Assembly (NCBI GenBank): GCA_964472345.1 | Contig: CAYYLB010000005.1 | Location: 1 to 38,938 of the forward strand | DNA: 38,938 bases | Direction: 5' to 3' | Source: an uncultured Methanosarcinales archaeon | Lineage (GTDB): Archaea > Nanobdellota > Nanobdellia > Woesearchaeales > JAGLXL01 | Part shown: in pieces, positions 24,874-35,710 of the stretch | Layout: the number at the start of each line of letters is the position of its first letter | Numbering within the stretch: position 1 is the stretch's first letter | Notes under the pieces: generated by a model | What the model was told of the DNA's origin: nothing | Seen by the model: the letters and a program-made list of their open reading frames with translations, nothing else | The model's database searches: none | Position numbers and translations under genes: made by a program

Positions 24874-27800
24874 GCTTGCCGAGCTTGGGCTGGATATTGA
24901 CCGCGAGCGCTTTGACCACAAGAATCCGGTGCGCTTCGCGCTCACCGCCGGAAAAGGGCTCACGCGGGCGACGGTCGAACTCATCTCGAAGGAAAAGAAT
25001 GAGCCGGAATGGATGCTCCGCAAGCGGCTGAAGGCATTGGAGCACTTCAGCAAGACACCGGTTCCGCGCTGGGGGCCCGACCTGAGCAGGCTGGACCTGA
25101 ACGACATCACCTACTACGCCAAGCCCGATGCGAAGACGAACGCGGCGAGCTGGAGCGAGGTGCCGGAGCAGATCAAGAGGACCTTCGAGAGGCTCGGCAT
25201 CCCCGAAGCGGAGCGGAAGTCGCTTGCCGGCGCGGGAACACAGTATGAATGCATAACTGGTGATTCGACACTATTTACGAATCCGCGCGGGCCTGCGCAG
25301 ATAAAAGATATAACCCCCGGTATGCATATATTCGCACTTGACGAAGCAACTGGAACAATAACCCAAGCCAGGGTTATCGGCGTGAAGTGCAGCGGCAAAA
25401 AGGAGGTCTACGAAATAACCACTAAAAAAAGAAAGATTAAAGCATCAAAAAACCATCCTTTCTTTACATTATCCTACGAAAGAAAACCCGGAAAGAGGCG
25501 TGGAATATACAAAAAAATATGGAAACCGCTTGAGAATCTTAAAGAAGGCGATCTTATTGCTGTCGCAAGAAAGTACCCTGATGTTGGGGAATCGGTAACT
25601 CTACCTAAAGTAACATTGCGAGAGAATGTTATTGGAAGCAATCAGTTCGGCGTGAAATACAATTTAAGCATAAAACATCTCTATAACCAAGTAAATATTC
25701 CTGAAAGATCAAATGAAGATCTCATGTGGTTCTTCGGGATGTATGTTGGGGATGGGTGGATACACCGAAACGCAAAGAAACCTAAAGCAGCGGTGGAGAT
25801 CGCAACACCAGAAGAACAGAAAGATTTACGTGAGGAACTTATACGTGTCGTAACAATTTTATTTGGAGAAAATTTGATTGGGCAGAAACGGGACAGGATA
25901 ATCATCTACTCCACAATAATCGCAAAGTTTATTGAAATGTGTGGATTTACAGGCAAAGCGTTAACAAAAGTTTTACCGGACTGGGTTTATCAACTTCCGC
26001 TTTCGGAACGCCTTGCATTCATCGCGGGCTATCTTGATTCAGACGGGTATGTTAGGGACCATCCAAAAAACCATGATATTGTCTTCACAAGCGGGAACAA
26101 AAGTCTCTTAGAAAGCATAAGAAACCTCTGTATCTACTCAAATTTTGAGGTATCAAAGGTATCTCAGTTTACATCGAAGCATCCTTATGACAAAAATAGG
26201 CGGATTACTGCATATCGGATGAATGTGAGCGGGAATATAAGTCCGGTGCCCAGCAGGTACAAGTTCAAACGAGACCGTTTGAGACTCAAAAAGTATGCTC
26301 ACTCTTTCATAAGTGCAAAAGGAATGCCTGAGTTTGGGAAATATTGTACGGACTATCTTGGATTCTTAAAGATTCAGTCGATCCAAAAGGTGGGTGAAGA
26401 AGAAGTTTATGATATCGAAGTGGAAAATTACCATAATTTTATAGCAAATGGACTCGTTGTGCATAATTCAGAAGTCGTCTACCACAACCTGAAACAGGAG
26501 TGGGAGAAGAAAGGCGTCATCTTCGAGAATGCGGATGTCGCGCTGCAGAAATATCCGGAGCTCTTCGAGAAGTACTTCATGACGCGCTGCGTGCCCATCA
26601 CCGACCACAAGTTCGCCATGCTGCATGCTGCGGTCTGGAGCGGGGGAACGTTCATCTACGTCCCTCCCGGCGTGAAGGTGACGATGCCGCTGCAGGCATA
26701 TTTCCGCATGAACGCTCCGGGCCTCGNNNNNNNNNNGCCTCGGCCAGTTCGAGCACACGCTGATCATCGCAGACAAAGGAGCGGAAGTGAACTATGTCGA
26801 AGGGTGCAGTGCTCCGCGCTACAACGTCAACAACATCCACGCCGGCTGCGTCGAGATCTACGTGCATGAGGGCGCACGGGTGCGCTACAACAGCGTCGAG
26901 AACTGGAGCAAGAACACCTACAACCTGAACACGAAGCGCGCGATTGTCGAGGCCAACGGCACGATCGAATGGATCAACGGAAATATGGGCTGCCTTACGG
27001 GGGATTCTAAGATATTTACAAACCCGCGAGGCCCAATAAAAATAAAAGATATTGATGAAGGCGATCACGTTTATGTATGGGATGAGTCAAGTCATTTAAT
27101 TAAAAAATCGATCGTCAAAAATAAAATTTTCAGCGGAAATAAAACTGTTTACACTCTTGAGGCGGGGGGCCGTTCGATAGAGGCGAGTGGCAATCACCCA
27201 TTTTTAACGCTTCAAAGAATAAAAAAACATCCTGCTCATAAAAAGTCATTCTTTGCTTATAAATGGCAGCCTCTCGAAAACTTGAATGTTGGTGATGTTG
27301 TGGCTATTACCAAGCAGCTTCCATTGGAAGGAAGGCCCTATGCTTTACCGGGAATAACTCAAGGGAAAATTGTTGAAAGCAAAAATCAATATTCTAGATT
27401 TACTATGAGCACTTCCTATCTTTACAATGACATCGCCCTGCCCGCTGAGACGAATGAAGATTTTATGTGGCTGGCTGGTTTACTCATCGGTGATGGACAT
27501 GTTGATGTTACCCAAAATAAAATCAATCTTGCGGTGCACGAAAGAGATGATTATCGTGAATATATCTGTTCGCTTCTCAAGAAAGAGTTTAACTATACAG
27601 TAACTGAAAAGAAAGAGCGCTATATCATCATAAACTCAAAAGTATTATGCGAACTTTTTACTGCCTTAGGAATAGCAGGAACTGCGGATACAAAACGGGT
27701 CCCTCTTTGGGTTTTTACGCTACCACGTACGCAAATACTCTCTTTCTTAGCAGGCTACTTTGATGCGGATGGCCATGTTGAGAGAGGTGGTGTCTACCTT

Positions 27801-28715
27801 ACTAGTGTAAGCAGAAACCTGCTTGAGGGTGTCTACGATCTTGCGCTGAGTGTCGGCTTCGGCGTATCAAGAATATTTCGTCATGGCCATGCTCGCCGAA
27901 TAGATATACTTGGAAATAAGTGTAATGCAAAAGATTCTTGGAGGTTATTGCTGAATGGTAAACTGGTGAAGGAGCTTCCTTCCCGTAGCAGCCACAAGCG
28001 CAATAAACTGGAAAAAAGTAAAACAAAACGAAATTTTGTTTCGGCGCGTGGGTTGAATTTTAGAAGCAAGGTGAATGAGTATATCGGCTTTGCGACTGTG
28101 CAAAAAATACAAGAAACGGGCATAAAGCCTACCTATGATATTGAAGTTAGTGGTACACATAATTTTGTAGCGAATGGGTTCCTCGTCCACAACAGCAACG
28201 TGACCATGCTCTATCCGTGCAGCGTGCTCAAGGGCGCCGGCGCGCGCTCCGATTTCCTCGGCATTGCGTTTGCCGGCGACGGCCAGAACCAGGACACCGG
28301 CGCGAAGGTCTTCCATCTTGCGCCGAACACGACGAGCGTCACGCGCAGCAAGAGCATCAGCAAGGACGGCGGCATCAACACCTTCCGCGGGCTGCTGAAG
28401 GTTGTGAAGGGCGCGAGCAGCTGCAAGGCGACGGTGCAGTGCGATGCGCTGCTGCTCGACGAGGCGTCGAAGTCGCACACCATCCCGACGATGGAGATCC
28501 AGGACTCGACGGCGGACATCGCGCACGAGGCGACCGTGGGCAAGATCGGGCAGGAGCAGCTCTTCTACCTCATGTCGCGCGGGCTGAAGGAGGAGGAGGC
28601 GATGAAGCTGATCGTCTGTGGCTTTGTCGAGCCCATCGTGAAGGCGCTGCCGCTTGAGTACGCCGTTGAGCTCAACCGGCTGATCCAGCTCGAGATGGAC
28701 AATGCGATCGGGTGA
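24866..28715 (+). CDS. sufB: Fe-S assembly protein SufB with two inteins (apparent frameshift at N gap 26727-26736)
   Basis: Exteins: [86 protein letters not shown] and [13 protein letters not shown]. Confidence 0.95.
25250..26467 (+). mobile_element. intein 1 in SufB (406 aa) with LAGLIDADG homing endonuclease
   Basis: Starts CITGDS, block B ASKNHPF, LAGLIDADG-like FGMYVGDG and IAGYLDSDG, ends [13 protein letters not shown]. Sharp switch to AT-rich sequence. Confidence 0.95.
26991..28193 (+). mobile_element. intein 2 in SufB (401 aa) with LAGLIDADG homing endonuclease
   Basis: Starts CLTGDS, block [17 protein letters not shown] and LAGYFDADG, ends [15 protein letters not shown]-rich. Confidence 0.95.
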
Positions 28716-29941
28716 ATCTTATGCTTCTCCTGAAAAGCCCGGTGATTGAAGCGCTCAGCTCCCGTCTGCAGGAGCCCGCATGGCTGAAAATGAAGCGCGA
28801 GGGGGCGTTCGAGGCATTCCAGCAGCTCCCATTGCCGAACTTCCGCTACGGCATCACGGCGCGGATGGATTACAGCGATCTTCCGCAGGAGCTTCTTGAT
28901 CCACCGGATTCCATCGCGGACGTTCCGCAGCCTTCCGCTGCATTTCAGGCGCCTCCTGGCGTCGTTGAGGAGCATCCGGGCGTCTTTGTCGGCCCGCTGC
29001 AGGAGTTCGCGAAGAGGCAGCCTGCTCTTGCCGAAGCATCATTCATGCGCCTTTTCAACCCAGTGATAAGCAAGATCGAGGCATTCCACGCGGCATTCTG
29101 GGCGGGCTCCGTCGTTATTTTCGTGCCAAAGGGGGCAGCCATCCATGATCCGCTGGCGCTCAGAAGTGCGCAGCAATCGCCGCAGGCAGCGCAGCACACC
29201 CTCATCATCGCCGAAGAAGGGAGCAGCGTCATGATAACGGAGCACCTGCAGTCAGCCGGCCGGCAGCCAGCGCTCGCAAGCACCGTCACCGAGGCGTTTG
29301 TCGCGCGGGGCGCACGGGTGCGCTTTGTCCGCGTCCAGGACTATGCGCGCGGCGCCTTCCACTTCGATGAGAAGGTCGCGCACGTCGCGGGGGATGGGCG
29401 CATGGAGTGGAGCGACATCTTTCTGGGAGGCGCATTCACGCACAGCGAGACGAGCAGCATCCTCGCCGGCGACGGCAGCTCATGCAGCGCGAGCAGCCTC
29501 TTCTTCGGCGACGGGGAGCAGCGCTTTGACCTTGCCACGAGCGCTATCCATGAAGGGAAGCACACGCACAGCCGCATCACGGGCCGCGGCGTGCTGAACG
29601 GCAGGGCAAAGAACATCTCCCGCAGCTTAATTCGCATAGGTAAAGGCGCGGTTGGCAGCAACGGCTTTGAGAAGCAGGACACGCTGTCGCTCAGCCCATT
29701 TGCGGAAGCAGACAACATCCCGAAGCTTGAGATCGACAACAATGATGTGAAGTGCGGCCATGCGGCGACGGTCGGGCAGGTTGACCGGGAGAAGCTCTTC
29801 TACCTCATGGCGCGCGGCCTGTCTGAAGAAGCAGCGAGAAAGCTGCTGGTGTCCGGGTTCTTCGAGCCGCTGCTTGCGGTGCTCCCGCCACCGCTTGCGG
29901 ATGCGGTCCGGGCACAGGTCGAGGCGAGGCTGCCATGCTGA
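28712..29941 (+). CDS. sufD: Fe-S assembly protein SufD
   Basis: Beta-helix paralogue of SufB with PKLEIDNNDVKCGHAATVG and LFYLMARG. Confidence 0.93.
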   Translation: MNLMLLLKSPVIEALSSRLQEPAWLKMKREGAFEAFQQLPLPNFRYGITARMDYSDLPQELLDPPDSIADVPQPSAAFQAPPGVVEEHPGVFVGPLQEFAKRQPALAEASFMRLFNPVISKIEAFHAAFWAGSVVIFVPKGAAIHDPLALRSAQQSPQAAQHTLIIAEEGSSVMITEHLQSAGRQPALASTVTEAFVARGARVRFVRVQDYARGAFHFDEKVAHVAGDGRMEWSDIFLGGAFTHSETSSILAGDGSSCSASSLFFGDGEQRFDLATSAIHEGKHTHSRITGRGVLNGRAKNISRSLIRIGKGAVGSNGFEKQDTLSLSPFAEADNIPKLEIDNNDVKCGHAATVGQVDREKLFYLMARGLSEEAARKLLVSGFFEPLLAVLPPPLADAVRAQVEARLPC

Positions 29942-31167
29942 CGCTCCGCACGCTCGATGCCGCGGCGATCAGGAGTGACTTCCCCATTTTCGCGAACGCC
30001 GGCAACGGCAGGCCGCTCGTCTACCTCGACAGCGCATCGACCGCGCAGAAGCCCCGGCAGGTCCTTGACGCGATGCAGCAGTACTATGAGCAGCGGAACG
30101 CGAACGTCCACCGCGGCGTCTATCAGCTCAGCGAACTCGCGACCGAGCAGTACGAATCAGCGCGCGAGCGGGTTGCCGCATTCGTCCATGCGATGCCGCA
30201 GGAGACCATCTTCACGGGCAATGCGACGCAGGCCATCAATGCGGTCGCTTACTCGTACGGATTGCGGAACCTCACCGCAGGGGATAATGTCGTGCTGAGC
30301 GTCATGGAGCACCACAGCAATTTCGTGCCGTGGCAGCAGCTGTGCGCGCTGCGGGGCGCGGAGCTCCGTGTCGCCGGCATTGACGACGCAGGCAACCTGG
30401 ACATCGGGCAGATCAGGCAGCTTGTTGACCGGAGGACGAGGATGGTCGCCGTCAGCCAGATGTCCAACGTGCTCGGCACGCTCAATGACGTGCGCGCCAT
30501 CGCCGACATAGCGCATGAGAAGGGGAGCGTGCTGCTCGTTGACGGCGCGCAGTCGGTGCCGCACCTGCCGGTGGATGCCCGGAAGCTCGGATGTGATTTT
30601 CTCGCTTTCTCGGGGCACAAGATGCTCGGGCCCATGGGCATCGGCGTTCTCTACGGGAAGCATGAGCTGCTGCATGCGATGGAGCCCTTCCTCTTCGGCG
30701 GCGGCATGATCCATCAGGTGACAGTGCAGAAGACAAGCTGGGCAGCGCTGCCGTGGAAGTTCGAGGCGGGCACGCCGAATGTCGCGGGCGCCGTCGGATT
30801 GGCAGCGGCAGTTGACTATCTCACCAGGTTCGGCATGGATGCGGTCTGGGAGCACGGGCAGCAGCTGCTCCGCGCCGCGACGAAGAGGCTTTCCGGGATC
30901 AGCGGCCTTAGATTGTATGGGACTGCACCTCGCAAGGGAGGCATCCTGAGCTTCACGCTCGACGGCATCCATCCGCATGACCTTGCGACCGTTGCCGCCA
31001 GCAGGAACGTCTGCATACGGGCAGGCCACCACTGCTGCCAGCCGCTGATGGAGCGCCTCGGCGTCGCGGCGACGGCACGCGCGAGCTTCTACCTCTACAA
31101 TGATGCGAAGGACATCGACGCGCTCGCGGAAGCGGTTGAGGAGGCGAAGAAGGTGTTTGCACGATGA
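29935..31167 (+). CDS. sufS: cysteine desulfurase SufS
   Basis: YLDSASTAQKP, MEHHSN, DGAQ, SGHKM, FEAGT and RAGHHC motifs. Confidence 0.97.
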   Translation: MLTLRTLDAAAIRSDFPIFANAGNGRPLVYLDSASTAQKPRQVLDAMQQYYEQRNANVHRGVYQLSELATEQYESARERVAAFVHAMPQETIFTGNATQAINAVAYSYGLRNLTAGDNVVLSVMEHHSNFVPWQQLCALRGAELRVAGIDDAGNLDIGQIRQLVDRRTRMVAVSQMSNVLGTLNDVRAIADIAHEKGSVLLVDGAQSVPHLPVDARKLGCDFLAFSGHKMLGPMGIGVLYGKHELLHAMEPFLFGGGMIHQVTVQKTSWAALPWKFEAGTPNVAGAVGLAAAVDYLTRFGMDAVWEHGQQLLRAATKRLSGISGLRLYGTAPRKGGILSFTLDGIHPHDLATVAASRNVCIRAGHHCCQPLMERLGVAATARASFYLYNDAKDIDALAEAVEEAKKVFAR

Positions 31168-31931
31168 CAGATGGTGGCAGGATCGGTGTGGAGTTTGTCT
31201 GCACGGGAAACAACGGGCGAAGCCCGCTCTGCGAAGTGGTTGCGCGCGCTCGTGTAGATACAAAATACCCGGACCTTTCTCAGCGCGTCGTCATCTCGTC
31301 GAGCGGGATTGATGTCCTGCGCAAGGTTGATTGGACCACGAGAACGTTTGAGTATTGCGCTTGGTTCCTGGAGAAGGGAAATGGCTACCGGCAGGGCGTT
31401 CCGGAGTTTTATGCTCCAGAGCAGGCTGGGTTTGTTGACGCTTTCGTGCGCGGGAATAAGCAGGCAGGCGAGCAATTTAAGGCCGACCAGCTTTTTCGCG
31501 CAAGCGTTGTTTTGCTGGCTGAAGAAACACGAAGAAAGCTTGAGGCAATCGAAGCGGGAAACCGCAACGCTTACTTACGGCAGAATGGGCTGCCTGATCC
31601 TGGAGCGCCGAAGCCTTTTGAGCCAAGGGAGGGCGTTCACTATGTCATCGGAATGGAACCACGGCATGCTGCTGTCGCCAGCGCCGCATACGCTGAACGG
31701 GCGGGCGCAGGACGAACGGGAAGAGGCGACGGAAAGGCAGCCCAGCACATCGCGACCATCGCGGATTTTGTCGGAGAACCTGAAGCCGTTGTTTCGGGCG
31801 CATTCGGAAGCGCGGACCCGCAAAAGTACCGAGCGCTCTACGGCACGCTCGCCGGCCTCAGCAGAAGGGCCATTGACAGGATCGTTCGTGAGATGCAAGA
31901 GCATGCGGATAAGGGACGAGGTTATGCATGA
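31164..31931 (+). CDS. low-molecular-weight protein tyrosine phosphatase/ArsC-fold protein
   Basis: P-loop FVCTGNNGRS (CX5R), SSSG, VIGME..H and C-terminal DP; large central insertion; ATGA-coupled on both sides. Confidence 0.75.
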   Translation: MTDGGRIGVEFVCTGNNGRSPLCEVVARARVDTKYPDLSQRVVISSSGIDVLRKVDWTTRTFEYCAWFLEKGNGYRQGVPEFYAPEQAGFVDAFVRGNKQAGEQFKADQLFRASVVLLAEETRRKLEAIEAGNRNAYLRQNGLPDPGAPKPFEPREGVHYVIGMEPRHAAVASAAYAERAGAGRTGRGDGKAAQHIATIADFVGEPEAVVSGAFGSADPQKYRALYGTLAGLSRRAIDRIVREMQEHADKGRGYA

Positions 31932-33097
31932 TGACGGACGCAGATGAGGGAATGTTCGCCAAAGAATGGCACGCAGCAGATGCCCACCTGCTCTTCGCGG
32001 AGATACTCCACCGCGGGGATACCTCGCACATGCCCCGGCTTTTTGGATTTGCGTATGGCGGGCACCTGTTCACGCTGGAGGACGGAACAATCACATTCTT
32101 CAAGAACAAGGAAACGGAGAGGCGGGCTGCGGAGGCGGGAGCGCACAAATACAGGGACAGCACGTTTCCGCAGTTCCTTGGGGTGCATGTCGGGCGCATT
32201 GAGGCAAACATCAGGCAGACGCTCGACCTCATCGGGAAAGAAACGCTTCCGGCGCTCAGCAACCAGCAGCTGTGGCAGCTCCATGCGGCGTACGTCGAGC
32301 ACATGTCCGAGCTGTACGCCTGTTACCGCTTCACCCGCAAGGATTTTTATGCGCGCGTGATCGAGGATATCAAAGCGCAGCTCCCCGAGCCGAAAGAAGA
32401 GACGCTCAATACCCTGCTTCGGGGTGCGGCCGGTGTCCCGCTGCCTGCGCCTTTTGACTCCCTGATAGAGTCGCTCCGCACCGTCGGGAAGCTGCGCTGG
32501 CACATGCATAAGGTCTGGCTTGACTCGTTTGAGCGCGGAGAGCGCCTCTTCGAGGAAGTCGGGCGGCGCGTCGGGCTCAGCGCGAGAGAGGTGAAGCATT
32601 CATTGTCGGGGGAGGTGCAGGCGTACCTGCTTGAGGGCGCGCAGCCTGATAAGGTCATGCTCCAGAAGAGGATGTCGTATGCTGCAGTTGCCTACACTCC
32701 TGAGGGGTTCACCGTCACCACTGAACGTGTCGCGGTGCAGCAGAAGACCGCACCGGTGGATGAGGTGCAAGGGATGCCTGCCCATCCCGGCTGCGTCCGC
32801 GGGACGGTGCGCATCATCCGCGAGGCGCTCAGGAGCGTTGATGCTGTGGAGCTTTCACGCGTCAGGAAAGGGGACATCATCGTCACCAACATGACCTCAC
32901 CGGACATGATCCTCGCGATGGAGCGGGCGGCGGCATTCGTGACGAATGAGGGAGGAACACTCTGTCATGCAGCCGTTCTGGCACGAGAGATGGGAAAGCC
33001 ATGCATCGTAAGCACGCGCCACGCGACAGATGTCTTCAAGGATGGCGATCTTGTAGAAGTAGATGCCAATCAAGGGATTGTTAGGAAATTAGAATGA
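31928..33097 (+). CDS. stand-alone PEP-utiliser mobile (phospho-His) domain protein 1
   Basis: C-terminal G..A.PG...G, TNMTSPD, TNEGG..CHAAVLARE.GKP, F.DGD.VEVDA..G. Helical N-terminal region; no ATP-grasp domain. Confidence 0.88.
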   Translation: MMTDADEGMFAKEWHAADAHLLFAEILHRGDTSHMPRLFGFAYGGHLFTLEDGTITFFKNKETERRAAEAGAHKYRDSTFPQFLGVHVGRIEANIRQTLDLIGKETLPALSNQQLWQLHAAYVEHMSELYACYRFTRKDFYARVIEDIKAQLPEPKEETLNTLLRGAAGVPLPAPFDSLIESLRTVGKLRWHMHKVWLDSFERGERLFEEVGRRVGLSAREVKHSLSGEVQAYLLEGAQPDKVMLQKRMSYAAVAYTPEGFTVTTERVAVQQKTAPVDEVQGMPAHPGCVRGTVRIIREALRSVDAVELSRVRKGDIIVTNMTSPDMILAMERAAAFVTNEGGTLCHAAVLAREMGKPCIVSTRHATDVFKDGDLVEVDANQGIVRKLE

Positions 33098-34533
33098 AAC
33101 GCTACCAACTCGCATGGGCAGAAGAACAGCCATTGTTGAAGCTGAGCCTTAACACAGAACGCTACAGGACGCATCGGCATATTGTTGGTAACGTTCTCGA
33201 CGACGCACTCATTTGGGGAACAGGAACATATATTGAAAGCTATTTTAATAGTACCGACGTGAAAAAAAAAGTCAACAAAGACGGTGAAAAATTTCTTACG
33301 AAAGAGATTGCAGAAAATACCCTGCAAGAGATTGACGCAACGGCAAAGAACTTTTGGATTGCAGTAAAAAATATCAGAGAACAAGCAAAGAAAAAACTAA
33401 CGGCCGAACAACTCATAAAACTATTTGACCAGCTTGTTGCCGTCTCAAGGGAGGTATATGCTTACTTTATGTGTTCACGTGAAGAAGTTATGCATGCAGT
33501 AGAAACAAGACTGGCAGCATTACTCAGGCAAAAGTTCCCAGCGACTTATCAAGATGCGCTTATAACTTTAACGACGCCAACAGAAGCTGATGTTCTCTAT
33601 AACGAAAAAAAAGATTGGATGAATGTTATTCCCAACCCGACAGAGGAAGTGATACAACAACATATTGAGAAGTACCCATTGCTCTTGTACAACATTACTT
33701 CTGAAGAAAAGGCGATTGAGCTGATGAAAAACAAAGCGCAAAAACAAAAAACTGATGAATTACAGGCAGAGCTCCGGGAGAACAAAGAAAAACGCCGACA
33801 GCTAAAAGAAAAACAAGAACAGCTTTTCAAAGAGATGGGGTCAGAAGAAATTGAACGACTGGCTGGGTTCATTAGACAGATGGCCCTTGGTAGGCTTAAA
33901 CTTAAGGAGTGTTGGGGTGGAACAAGCTATTACCTCTTAGACTTCTTCCGCCAGCTTGCAGAGAAAGCGGGTTTTTCCACATATGATGTCATGAATTTCT
34001 ACACAAGAGAGGACATGGAAAATCTTGTTAAACACGGAAAAAATATTTCAAAGGAGGAGTTAGAAAAGAGAAAGCAGAATTATTTGCTTCACTACCTCAA
34101 CGGAAAGCTCTGCCTCTACTCAGGAGAAGAAGCGCGCCGCATGAAAAAAGAACTCCTTGACGGCAGTTTGCCCAAGCAGGATACTACATCATTTAAGGGA
34201 ATGATCGCCAACACAGGAAAGGTTACTGGGCGTGTAAAGTTGGTTAAAGTAGTCGATATGGAGGAACTAAACAAAATAGCAAAAACACTTTCAAAGGATG
34301 AACATATCCTGGTTACGGGAATGACAAACCCAACTATGGTGATATTGCTTGACAAAGTTAAAGGCATCATCACAGACGAAGGCGGTTTGGCCTGTCATGC
34401 GGCCATTGTTTCACGCGAATTCGGCGTGCCTTGTTTAGTCGGATGTAAAATTGCAACGCAGGTCCTAAAAGATGATGACTTAATAGAGCTCGACGCAACG
34501 AACGGCATCGTCCGGAAGGTGAGCACTCCATGA
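33094..34533 (+). CDS. stand-alone PEP-utiliser mobile domain protein 2 (AT-rich)
   Basis: TGMTNP, TDEGGLACHAAIVSREFGVP and IELDATNG motifs. Confidence 0.88.
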   Translation: MKRYQLAWAEEQPLLKLSLNTERYRTHRHIVGNVLDDALIWGTGTYIESYFNSTDVKKKVNKDGEKFLTKEIAENTLQEIDATAKNFWIAVKNIREQAKKKLTAEQLIKLFDQLVAVSREVYAYFMCSREEVMHAVETRLAALLRQKFPATYQDALITLTTPTEADVLYNEKKDWMNVIPNPTEEVIQQHIEKYPLLLYNITSEEKAIELMKNKAQKQKTDELQAELRENKEKRRQLKEKQEQLFKEMGSEEIERLAGFIRQMALGRLKLKECWGGTSYYLLDFFRQLAEKAGFSTYDVMNFYTREDMENLVKHGKNISKEELEKRKQNYLLHYLNGKLCLYSGEEARRMKKELLDGSLPKQDTTSFKGMIANTGKVTGRVKLVKVVDMEELNKIAKTLSKDEHILVTGMTNPTMVILLDKVKGIITDEGGLACHAAIVSREFGVPCLVGCKIATQVLKDDDLIELDATNGIVRKVSTP

Positions 34534-34958
34534 GCGAGGCGGCATTCGACGGCATCGATCTCGGCCAGATGTACCGCGAGCACCTGCTGGACCACTACCG
34601 GAACCCGCGCAACCAGGGCACGCTTGCGGATGCGGAGCATTTCCACGACCTCAACCCGCTCTGTGGCGATGAGATCGAGATGTTCGTGCGCTTCCGTGAC
34701 GGGCTGCTTGAGGACATCCGCTTCCGCGGCAAGGGCTGCGCCGTCTCGCAGGCGAGCGCATCGCTCCTGACGGAAGCAGTGAAAGGGAAGAGCCGCGGTG
34801 CGATCGAGGCCATGGACCGCGAAAAGATGCAGGAGCTGGTCGGCATTCAGGTGACGCCGGCGCGCGCCAGGTGCATGATGCTGCCATTGAGCGTGCTCAA
34901 GACCATCACCTACCTGCACGAAGGGAAATGTCAGGAGGGGCAGGAGCCATGGAACTGA
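34530..34958 (+). CDS. sufU: SufU/IscU-like scaffold or sulfur-transfer protein
   Basis: YRE.LLDHYRNPRN.G, NPLCGD, GCAVSQASAS and RARC motifs. Confidence 0.93.
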   Translation: MSEAAFDGIDLGQMYREHLLDHYRNPRNQGTLADAEHFHDLNPLCGDEIEMFVRFRDGLLEDIRFRGKGCAVSQASASLLTEAVKGKSRGAIEAMDREKMQELVGIQVTPARARCMMLPLSVLKTITYLHEGKCQEGQEPWN

Positions 34959-35710
34959 GGATCACGGATGCGCACGTCGCCGTTGCGGGGCAGGAGATCG
35001 TGAAAGGCGTCTCGCTGTCCGTCGCACAGGGAGAGATTGTGGTCATCATGGGCCCCAACGGATCCGGCAAGAGCACCCTCGCAAACGCGCTCATGGGGCA
35101 TCCTGCGTACACCATCACGGGCGGCAGCATCCTGCTCGACGGTGATGAGATTGCCGCGATGAAGCCGCACCAGAGGGCGCAGCGGGGCCTTTTCCTGAGC
35201 TTCCAGTATCCGAGCGAAATTTCCGGCGTCACCATCAGCAGCTTCCTGCGCACGGCGCTGAAGGAGCTCAAAGGGGCGAGCATGCCCATCCCTGACTTTA
35301 TGAAGCTGCTCAGGGAGAAGATGGCCTGGCTGAAGATGGATTCTGCCTTTGCCGGCCGCTATCTCAACGAGGGCTTTTCCGGCGGCGAGAAGAAGCGCTG
35401 CGAGATCCTGCAGCTCGCGGTTCTGGAGCCGAAGATCGCGCTGCTCGATGAGACCGATTCCGGCCTTGATGTCGATGCGCTGAAGGTCGTTGCGCAGGCG
35501 GTCGAGCAGCTTGTCAGAGAAAAGAACATGGGCGCGCTTGTCGTGACGCATTACCAGCGCCTGCTGCACTATCTAAAGCCGGACCGGGTGCTGGTGATGG
35601 TGGGCGGGAAGATCGTGAAGAGCGGCGGGGCGGAGCTTGCGAAAGAGATTGAGGAGAAAGGGTATGAGTGGGTGAAGGGCGAGGCACTGCCGAAAGAGGA
35701 GGCCCAATGA
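34949..35710 (+). CDS. sufC: Fe-S assembly ABC ATPase SufC
   Basis: MGPNGSGKST, FQYP, NEGFSGGEKKR, LDETDSGLD and THYQR motifs. Confidence 0.97.
   Translation: MELRITDAHVAVAGQEIVKGVSLSVAQGEIVVIMGPNGSGKSTLANALMGHPAYTITGGSILLDGDEIAAMKPHQRAQRGLFLSFQYPSEISGVTISSFLRTALKELKGASMPIPDFMKLLREKMAWLKMDSAFAGRYLNEGFSGGEKKRCEILQLAVLEPKIALLDETDSGLDVDALKVVAQAVEQLVREKNMGALVVTHYQRLLHYLKPDRVLVMVGGKIVKSGGAELAKEIEEKGYEWVKGEALPKEEAQ

Noticed and set aside
26721..26742. Apparent sufB frameshift, split gene or hidden third intein at the N run
   Set aside because: GCCTCG occurs on both sides of the 10 Ns. Collapsing them (removing 16 nt) gives [12 protein letters not shown] in frame, and the junction is not at a Cys/Ser/Thr. 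This is a scaffolding artefact.
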